A stretch of DNA of 62,225 bases, taken from Alphaproteobacteria bacterium. GTDB taxonomy: Bacteria; Pseudomonadota; Alphaproteobacteria; Rs-D84. The position numbers and the translations under genes are program-made. This document shows positions 28,864 to 35,659 of the stretch, piece by piece. Position 1 is the first letter of the stretch; the number at the start of each line of letters is the position of its first letter. A model generated the notes under the pieces. It was not told the origin of the DNA, made no database searches, and worked only from the letters and a program-made list of their open reading frames with translations. Location of the stretch: positions 1 to 62,225 of the forward strand of contig JBKSMR010000012.1 of NCBI GenBank assembly GCA_046881895.1, in the 5' to 3' direction.

Positions 28864-29670
28864 TTATCTCTCGCGCTGAACCAATTTTTCTTTCTGTCTG
28901 GCAATTTCTACAATTCTAAAATCATAAAAATCGTGTAACCGCTTTATCCATTTTTCTTTTTCTGATTTTGTTAAGCGACGAGGAACATAACCTTTCATAA
29001 ATTCTTGTTCTATATGTTTTAATTTTTCAGCATCAACATGTGTTTTCATTGGTGACAATGTTTTATCAGTTCTTACCACATTATTTTGTCTGAATACAAT
29101 ATACGAATCATCACCACCGCATTCTGTAAAGTTTTTATAAGAAAAACCGTCTATGCCAACTGATTCAAAAAATCTTATCATTCTTTGAAAAAACAAATTT
29201 TCTGCGTTCGCTTTATCATACAAAGATTCATAAGATATCTCTTGTTTGATTTTGCCATCGTCAATAGATTGCGAAATAAAATCATATTGATAAGGTAATT
29301 TTTTTAACGCCACGAATTCGCATTTTTTTTGGATGTTATCCCATTTTTTCAAATTATCTATATCTTCAATAATGGTTTTATCCAATAAAAAGGCTAAAAT
29401 TATTGCCTGCCAATCTTCCACATAATGATTATTCAAGTCAGGTATTTCTAGATAAATTCCTTTTCTGAAATGTACCGGTATAATTTTTGGTTTGTTTATA
29501 TCTATATTTTTATCACGTTTCCATTTGCCTTCATTTAACACCGTTTTAGCAGAAGACTCTGTGCCGAAATGGGACAACGGAAAAAAATAATCAAAATCAT
29601 AATAAGTACCATGAAAACAAGTTATAGCCTTACCAGATTTATCGTATAAAAATTCATTATTACCTGTCAT
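28864..29670 (-). CDS. hypothetical protein (268 aa), possible H-Y-[E/D] ADP-ribosyltransferase fold
   Basis: Motifs CFHGTYYDFDYF, RKGIYLE and DDSYIVFRQNNV. The first 28 codons of the track ORF lie in the boundary repeat, so the start was moved to ATG 29670. Confidence 0.5.
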   Translation of the reverse strand: MTGNNEFLYDKSGKAITCFHGTYYDFDYFFPLSHFGTESSAKTVLNEGKWKRDKNIDINKPKIIPVHFRKGIYLEIPDLNNHYVEDWQAIILAFLLDKTIIEDIDNLKKWDNIQKKCEFVALKKLPYQYDFISQSIDDGKIKQEISYESLYDKANAENLFFQRMIRFFESVGIDGFSYKNFTECGGDDSYIVFRQNNVVRTDKTLSPMKTHVDAEKLKHIEQEFMKGYVPRRLTKSEKEKWIKRLHDFYDFRIVEIARQKEKLVQRER

Positions 29671-29691
29671 GCCAGTAGTTATACCATAAAG

Positions 29692-29853
29692 AGTTCGAAA
29701 ATACAAATTTTTTACAATTTTCCACAATCGAACTTTCGAACTTGCTTGAAACATTAGAAAACAAAAACCCGACTTTATTGGCGGGCTTGTCTATCTTGGT
29801 TGTGGTGTGTGGGCAATTTGTGAGCTGAATTGGTGGAGATTGGACAAGAGATT
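29692..29853. repeat. cassette boundary element, copy 3
   Basis: Same architecture as copy 1. The tRNA-like core is tggttgtgg. Confidence 0.85.
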
Positions 29854-29874
29854 AATAAAGTTAAAGATATATTA

Positions 29875-30462
29875 TTAAACTAAATTTCGGCTTTGAATCC
29901 ATGATAAATAATGATTTTTATTGTCCAGTTTATAAGCATACTTTTTTAATGGCTTGAAATTATCAATTATCTTTATAACTTCTTTCAACACGTTATCTTT
30001 GCTTTTTCCTGCGACATCAACCATTACTTCATTTGGCAACAACTTACGACTTTTTATTACCGAATTTGACCGTTCAACATATTCCGGGCGGAACAAACCA
30101 CCCTCATTATTTTTTCTGTGTTCCATTTGTTTCTTTATCTGCTTTGGGTCACTGGAAACAAGTCTGATTATTATAAATTTATATCCATGAAAAATCTTTG
30201 GTAGTTCTCTTGCCCTTATATCATCAAAATCCAAGGCAACAATGTTCCGCAATCCTTTGTCATAAAAGAATTTTATTTGTGCCAAAGTGTTTTCCCAACA
30301 TAACTTTTCTTCATATAAACCAATGTCTTTCACTTTCTTTGGAATAATAAACTCTGGAACCATATTCTGTTCAATATATACACCTTTGTAGTGCTGATAC
30401 AATTCCTTTGCCAACGTTGTTTTGCCGACAGCACTTGGACCAATAACAAATATAAAATCCAT
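29875..30462 (-). CDS. P-loop NTPase / small-molecule or nucleotide kinase-like protein (195 aa)
   Basis: Walker A IGPSAVGKTT at the N-terminus. Size and layout match adenylate/shikimate-kinase-like proteins. Confidence 0.55.
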   Translation of the reverse strand: MDFIFVIGPSAVGKTTLAKELYQHYKGVYIEQNMVPEFIIPKKVKDIGLYEEKLCWENTLAQIKFFYDKGLRNIVALDFDDIRARELPKIFHGYKFIIIRLVSSDPKQIKKQMEHRKNNEGGLFRPEYVERSNSVIKSRKLLPNEVMVDVAGKSKDNVLKEVIKIIDNFKPLKKYAYKLDNKNHYLSWIQSRNLV

Positions 30463-30488
30463 AGCTTTTACACCTTTTTATAAACCGT

Positions 30489-30518
30489 ATTATATCATAA
30501 AAAGTTCACAAGTGGCAA
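30489..30518 (-). promoter_or_regulatory. cassette promoter (TTGCCA-18 nt-TATAAT with TG extension)
   Basis: Minus strand reads ttgcca cttgtgaactttttatga tataat, followed by SD aaaggtg and ATG 30462. The same TGATATAAT box recurs upstream of 28656 and 31945. Confidence 0.5.
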
Positions 30519-30664
30519 AAATTTGCGATTTTCCACAATCGAACTTTCGAACTCACTTGAAACATTAGAAAACAAAAACCCGCCTTTATTGGCGGGCTTG
30601 TTTATCTTGGTTGGGGTGTGTGTGCAATTTGCGAGCTGAATTGCGGGAGATTGGACAAGAGATT
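30503..30664. repeat. cassette boundary element, copy 4
   Basis: Best-preserved copy. Contains the cccgcc-tttatt-ggcggg hairpin, cttggttggggtgtg, the gcaatttgcgagctgaattgc hairpin and ggacaagagatt. Confidence 0.85.
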
Positions 30665-30704
30665 GACGATATAAAAAAGAAATCTATCACTTATTCAAAT
30701 GATT

Positions 30705-31382
30705 TTATTCGTATTTCTTCAGCAAATCTTTCCATGTCTGTGGTGCATCCACTTCATCAAAGTAAGCATTCAAAAAACTAACCAAGGTTTGATGTTTTTT
30801 CTCTGCATATTTGCGTCCCGGTTCTGTTAAGCACATATCGCGCAAATGAAAAATTTTAACAAAAAAGTGATTTACACACGGATCGACTTTTGATTTTCTA
30901 TACTTTTCGGCATCCATTTCTTCTGGGAAATAATCTGGATCAAAGAAAGGTTGACCCGTTCCAGAACGATATTCTATGCACCGTAACAGACCTGTACATC
31001 CTGATGCGTCACACATATCAGCATCGGATACAATAGCACCTTCGATACCATATGCAGCAATACCCTTTAACCGTTTACTGTATCCAATAGTTTTTACAAT
31101 ATTTATACATTTTTCGCAGAATTCGGCATCAAATCCAGAACCAGACAATATGCGTTTGGTATTGGTCATCAGACGTTCAGATTCTTCACCAAACAGTTTA
31201 TAATCATCACAATCATGCAATAATGCAGCAGCAGCCACCAAATCACGATTAGCAGATGTAATTTCATCACAAAATTTCATTGCCGTATTATAAACGCGAA
31301 ACACATGTTTATCATCATGCCCGTTAAAGTTATTTTTAAGTAATTCAATCACTGCATTTTTTATATATTCAATACCTGTCAT
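30705..31382 (-). CDS. HD-domain metal-dependent phosphohydrolase (YedJ-like size)
   Basis: HDDKHVFRV ... AALLHDCDD motifs. Start set at ATG 31382 after SD aaaggtg. Confidence 0.65.
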   Translation of the reverse strand: MTGIEYIKNAVIELLKNNFNGHDDKHVFRVYNTAMKFCDEITSANRDLVAAAALLHDCDDYKLFGEESERLMTNTKRILSGSGFDAEFCEKCINIVKTIGYSKRLKGIAAYGIEGAIVSDADMCDASGCTGLLRCIEYRSGTGQPFFDPDYFPEEMDAEKYRKSKVDPCVNHFFVKIFHLRDMCLTEPGRKYAEKKHQTLVSFLNAYFDEVDAPQTWKDLLKKYE

Positions 31383-31471
31383 ACAAACACCTTTATTGCG
31401 GTATGACATGCTATCATAAAAAACTATATATGTCCAAATGTTATTAAAAAAGTTCGAAAGTTGAAAAAAAT

Positions 31472-31945
31472 TTACCTTATAAATTCTGCTTTTTTATTAA
31501 TTCTTTTTATTTTTTCTAATAATTCTGGTAAATATTGTTCGTATGCTTTGGACCAACGTAATAATTTAAACAATGTGACTAAATTTTCTTTATGGTTCTT
31601 AGGTTCTATACCCAAAATTTTTTTAACCCAGCGTTTAAAAATACGGTATTGGCGAACCCGAGTTGATGGTTTTAAAATGATGATTCTATCTGATTGTTCT
31701 AATATAGGTATAATCCAGTCTTTTGTATAAATCCCTTCAATAACCCAATTATCATTTTCGGATAAAATTTTATCACGCAGAGCAAACCTTTCTTCTTTCG
31801 GTCGTTCACAATTAAAACAATTTTTTTCGTTTATCCATTTTATATCATCTAAATCAAAATGAGGAATTTTTAATTCTTTAGAAAGTTTTTTTGCGTATGT
31901 TGTTTTTCCGCTTCCCGGACCGCCAGAAATAAAGATTTTTGCCAT
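31472..31945 (-). CDS. P-loop kinase-like protein (adenylate-kinase/FlaR-like, 157 aa)
   Basis: MAKIFISGGPGSGKTTYAKKLSKELKIPHFDLDD. Confidence 0.6.
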   Translation of the reverse strand: MAKIFISGGPGSGKTTYAKKLSKELKIPHFDLDDIKWINEKNCFNCERPKEERFALRDKILSENDNWVIEGIYTKDWIIPILEQSDRIIILKPSTRVRQYRIFKRWVKKILGIEPKNHKENLVTLFKLLRWSKAYEQYLPELLEKIKRINKKAEFIR

Positions 31946-31975
31946 AATTCATGCCTTTACAGCAAATTATATCAT

Positions 31976-32037
31976 GAAAAAGTTCGAAAGTTGAAAAAAA
32001 TTTGCAATTTTCCACAATCAAACTTTCGAACTCGTCA
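31976..32037. repeat. cassette boundary element, partial copy (left module only)
   Basis: aaaaagttcgaaagttgaaaaaaatttgcaattttccacaatcaaactttcgaactcg. An even shorter remnant lies at 31446-31476. Confidence 0.8.
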
Positions 32038-32047
32038 AAGTCTTATA

Positions 32048-32068
32048 TTTTTGCTCTCTGGAATGCGC
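32048..32068. repeat. 21-nt direct repeat, right copy
   Basis: Identical to 25196-25216. Confidence 0.8.
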
Positions 32069-32084
32069 ACGAGACCTTGATAAA

Positions 32085-32330
32085 TTATTTCCAAAAATGT
32101 CTTTTTGCGAATGCGTATCCGGAACCTGTTTTAAGATATTGTTCAAATTCCAACGCGGCATCTTTTGAACTAAACGCAAAATAATTTACCAATTCCCAGG
32201 GTTTATATTTTGCCGTATGTATTGAATATCCTGCATTATGTTGCTTTAGTCGTTTTTTTAAATCATCAGTTTGACCGATGTATTTTTGTTCTGGATAGGA
32301 AATGCTTTTTATAAGATAGACATAAAACAT
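32085..32330 (-). CDS. GIY-YIG nuclease-family protein (81 aa)
   Basis: MFYVYLIKS...KYIGQTDDLKKRLKQHN is the GIY-YIG signature. Confidence 0.75.
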   Translation of the reverse strand: MFYVYLIKSISYPEQKYIGQTDDLKKRLKQHNAGYSIHTAKYKPWELVNYFAFSSKDAALEFEQYLKTGSGYAFAKRHFWK

Positions 32331-32369
32331 TTGATTTTTATTCCCGTCCGCCTACGCCAAGGCTACGGT

Positions 32370-32446
32370 GGACACTACTTCGCCTATGCTTCTCGCCTTG
32401 TGTGGCCTGCCACACGAAGCCTCGTAGAGGCGAAGTGTGGTTGGGG
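32370..32446. repeat. palindromic trailer element abutting tRNA-Gln
   Basis: Arms acactacttcgcc / ggcgaagtgtggt with an internal gtgtggc..gccacac hairpin. The right end overlaps the tRNA 3' end. Confidence 0.8.
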
Positions 32447-32511
32447 CGCACGGATTCGAACCATGATAAAGAGAACCAAAATCTCTTGTCCTACCATTAG
32501 ACGACACCCCA
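32438..32511 (-). tRNA. tRNA-Gln (anticodon UUG)
   Basis: Reverse complement TGGGGTGTCGTCTAATGGTAGGACAAGAGATTTTGGTTCTCTTTATCATGGTTCGAATCCGTGCGCCCCAACCA folds as a cloverleaf. Anticodon loop is TTTTGGT. CCA is encoded. Confidence 0.88.
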
Positions 32512-32559
32512 ATTGCGTCAATGATTATAAACATCTTTTAATAAAATGCAATAACATTT

Positions 32560-33171
32560 TTATCGTGAGTGCATTTTAAATTGTGTGCCTTTTTGAATCA
32601 TGTCTTGTAGTTTATCAAATTCAATTTGTTTGCGGCTGCGAATATTGTGCTGTGCCAAGAATTCTTCTTGGGCTGCAATATATTGTTGTTGTTGCGTTGG
32701 GGACATAGATGCAAGTTCTATACCGCGGTCGGTCGAAAAGAATCTTGGGTTAAAACCACGCTCCCACGATAGGCGAATTCTATCTGCATCCCATAAACAA
32801 GCAGATACATTGTCTGTTGCGTTGTGGCCAGTTGTATGATTTTTAACGGCGTATAGGATTCTGGAAATATCATTTTCTGACATGTTCGGATAGTGTTCTT
32901 TCAAGAATTGTTTACCAATTGGCACGGCCATTGGTCCGTGTTCTGTACACCATGCATCATTTGTTCTGGCACAATCGTGCAGGGCAGCTGCTAATAATAC
33001 AGGCAATGGTTCTTGATCAATGTGTTGTGCGATATCAAGTGCGAAAAATGCGACTTGAATCGTGTGTGACAAACCATGATATCCGTATCGTGACTGGTTT
33101 GTTATCTGCGTTATTTTTGGCAGAATATCATCAAAGAATAGTTTTGTATATTTTATACGTTCTTTTAACAT
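32560..33171 (-). CDS. HD-domain protein (203 aa)
   Basis: GLSHTIQVAFF ... AAALHDCARTND motifs. Confidence 0.6.
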   Translation of the reverse strand: MLKERIKYTKLFFDDILPKITQITNQSRYGYHGLSHTIQVAFFALDIAQHIDQEPLPVLLAAALHDCARTNDAWCTEHGPMAVPIGKQFLKEHYPNMSENDISRILYAVKNHTTGHNATDNVSACLWDADRIRLSWERGFNPRFFSTDRGIELASMSPTQQQQYIAAQEEFLAQHNIRSRKQIEFDKLQDMIQKGTQFKMHSR

Positions 33172-33278
33172 TTTTTATTCCTCGCTAATTTTATGCTTGA
33201 AATTCAAACTGTTAAAATATATAATGATTAAGTTTTTTAATAATTATACTAATCAAACCTATTATATAGGAGAAAAAA

Positions 33279-33728
33279 ATGGCACGCAAGGAATTTGTTT
33301 CATTGCTGGAAAATAATATTTGGACGTTGGACAGACTGGCGGATAAACTGCATTTGGATAGGGTTGTTATGACTGGTTATCCGCGTCAATTATTGTCTAT
33401 ATTGGTGCGTTTGCATAATGGCGGTCGTGCAAAGTTAAAAGATATTGCGCGTCGTGAACATGTATCAACGCCAAATTTGTGTGCAGCATTTCGCAAACTG
33501 GAACGAGATGGATTGGTTGTTCGTACGACTGATGACGAAGACAGACGTAATACATGGTACAATGTGTCACCTGCTGGGGCAGAATTGGCCATTCGTGCGA
33601 TGGATTTGTTTCGTGATGGTGCAGAAAAAATATTCGCGAATATTTCCAAAGATGATGAAAAACGTCTGACAAACGCATTGCGTGCGTTAAAAGAAGTTTT
33701 GAATAATGTGGAGTTGTGTAATGAATAA
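33279..33728 (+). CDS. MarR-family transcriptional regulator
   Basis: Winged-helix pattern ...LKDIARREHVSTPNLCAAFRKLERDGLVVRTTDDEDRRN. Confidence 0.8.
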   Translation: MARKEFVSLLENNIWTLDRLADKLHLDRVVMTGYPRQLLSILVRLHNGGRAKLKDIARREHVSTPNLCAAFRKLERDGLVVRTTDDEDRRNTWYNVSPAGAELAIRAMDLFRDGAEKIFANISKDDEKRLTNALRALKEVLNNVELCNE

Positions 33729-35046
33729 ATTAAAACTTGTATTGGCATCTATTTTTACTGGCTTGGTCGTATTGCCAGCCGGTGCGATTGATTTGTCGTT
33801 GAATGATGCGATTGAAAAAATTGTATCAGAATCGCATGATTTAAAAAAAGCTGATGCAAACCTGAAAAAAGCCGAAGCGTCATTGGATTCTGCAAATGCC
33901 AGCCGTTGGTTTAAGTTGGATGGGTCTGTTTCTTATATGAATATGGTGAATATTGAAAACCCATCAGAATCAAAAACGATTGATTTGCCGCCGGCATTGG
34001 GTGGGTTGATTTCTGAGTCTTTAAAAGACCAATCAGTAACAATATCGATTCCTGATAATATTTTTCAGGCTGGGATTTCGTTGACTCAACCAATTTATAC
34101 CTTTGGTAAAATTGGTAACGCGGTAAAGTCTGTAAAGTCTGCGATTAAAATGTCTGCTGCGTCCAAAGAAATGACTTTGCGAGAAGTAAAATACGCAGCT
34201 GCAGACCTGTATTGGACAGCAAAAATGACAGAAGAAGTTGTAAAGCTAGCAAAACAAGATTTGGCAAATGCACGTGCAGCTAAGAAAAGTTTAACATCTG
34301 CCGGTCGTGCAAATCGCAGTAATTTGCTAAAGATTGAGTCTGATATTGCGTCCAAAGAAATAAACGTTTCTGATGCAGAATTTAATCGTGATACTGCATA
34401 CAGAATGTTGAAAATTATGGCTGGAATTGACGCAACGGAAACTTTGGTTTTGACGGATGAATTTCCACAAACATTTGAAGCGTTGAATGCAGGCGAATTA
34501 AAAACAACCCCACAGTGGGAGATTCTTGGTGAACAGGTAAACATGTATGAACGTTTGGCACGTTCAAAACGTGCAAATGCATATCCTACATTGGCCGCAA
34601 CTGCGAATTACAGTTATATGACATTGTCCGAAGATATGGGACATATGTTTGATAAAAAAGGCAGTCAGTCTGCATACTGGGGACTGGCATTACAGTTGCC
34701 AATATTCAGCGGTGGTTTAAATCGTGCGAATGCAACGGTTGAGGCAATGAATGCAATTGCAGCACAACAAGACTTGGACAAGGCAAAGAAACTGACAACA
34801 GAACAATATAACAATGCAATTGCACAGTATGACAGATTGCGTGGTAATCTGGAAACTTTGACCAAGGCACGTGATTTGGCGTCCCAGACATATAAACTAT
34901 CACAAAATCGTTTTGCGTCTGGTCAAACATCTGCAATTGAATTGGCAGATGTGTCAGCAGGTTTGTATCAGTTAGATATTGCATTGTTAAACACAAAGTA
35001 CAGAATTTTAATGTCTGCTGAATCGGTAAAAAAGTTAGGTGAATAA
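33721..35046 (+). CDS. TolC-like outer-membrane efflux protein
   Basis: Signal peptide and two-repeat OEP pattern. The start ATG overlaps the marR end. Confidence 0.8.
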   Translation: MNKLKLVLASIFTGLVVLPAGAIDLSLNDAIEKIVSESHDLKKADANLKKAEASLDSANASRWFKLDGSVSYMNMVNIENPSESKTIDLPPALGGLISESLKDQSVTISIPDNIFQAGISLTQPIYTFGKIGNAVKSVKSAIKMSAASKEMTLREVKYAAADLYWTAKMTEEVVKLAKQDLANARAAKKSLTSAGRANRSNLLKIESDIASKEINVSDAEFNRDTAYRMLKIMAGIDATETLVLTDEFPQTFEALNAGELKTTPQWEILGEQVNMYERLARSKRANAYPTLAATANYSYMTLSEDMGHMFDKKGSQSAYWGLALQLPIFSGGLNRANATVEAMNAIAAQQDLDKAKKLTTEQYNNAIAQYDRLRGNLETLTKARDLASQTYKLSQNRFASGQTSAIELADVSAGLYQLDIALLNTKYRILMSAESVKKLGE

Positions 35047-35048
35047 AA

Positions 35049-35648
35049 ATGGATAAGATACAAAAGGTTCTTCAAAAAAAGAAATTTAAACATGCGTTTT
35101 TTATCGCTCTTGTTGCGATAATGACTTGCTGGGTAATATTTAGATTTATGGCGTTTTCTGCGGAAAACAGACGTTATGTATTTAACGCTTCGCGTGTTGC
35201 AATGGATGGTGGTATGCCTGTTGAAACAATGACAGTACAGGTTGTACAGGGAACATTATATGAACCGTTGGATGTAAAAAATAATCGTGCATATGTATCC
35301 GGCGAACGTGCAGAAAAATTACGTGCAGGTCAGAAAATAGGAAACGGTAAAATTACATATATATCAAATGATCTTGATTTAAATACAGGTATGTTTTTGG
35401 TTCGTACATCTGGCGTGTCGAACGGTTTGCATTTTGCAGAATTTACCACAGATGGGATCTTTGTGCCATTGTATGCAATCGCAGATAATTCTGTATTTGT
35501 TGTTGAAAATGGCGTGGCGGTTGCGCGTGATATTGTGATTGCACGTCAGGATTCTGAAAACGCATATATAAAATCAGGTTTGAATGCTGGCGACATTGTA
35601 ATCTTGTCCAATGTTCAATCTGGTAGCAAAGTTAAATTTAATAAATAA
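35049..35648 (+). CDS. short membrane-fusion (periplasmic adaptor)-like protein (199 aa)
   Basis: N-terminal TM anchor. Sits between the TolC-like and RND genes. About half the usual adaptor length. Confidence 0.5.
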   Translation: MDKIQKVLQKKKFKHAFFIALVAIMTCWVIFRFMAFSAENRRYVFNASRVAMDGGMPVETMTVQVVQGTLYEPLDVKNNRAYVSGERAEKLRAGQKIGNGKITYISNDLDLNTGMFLVRTSGVSNGLHFAEFTTDGIFVPLYAIADNSVFVVENGVAVARDIVIARQDSENAYIKSGLNAGDIVILSNVQSGSKVKFNK

Positions 35649-35659
35649 GGGGTGGGATA

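Noticed and set aside
27919-30664. Regularly spaced repeats as a CRISPR array
   Set aside because: The repeat units are about 165 nt rather than 25-40 nt. The spacing is 770-1000 bp, and each 'spacer' is a complete gene with a promoter and SD. No cas genes are present.
27144-32511. Classical integron
   Set aside because: No intI gene or attI site lies next to the array. The boundary elements lack the R''/L''-L'/R' attC organisation with GTTRRRY cores. Cassettes also carry their own promoters and terminators, unlike integron cassettes. The resemblance is organisational only.
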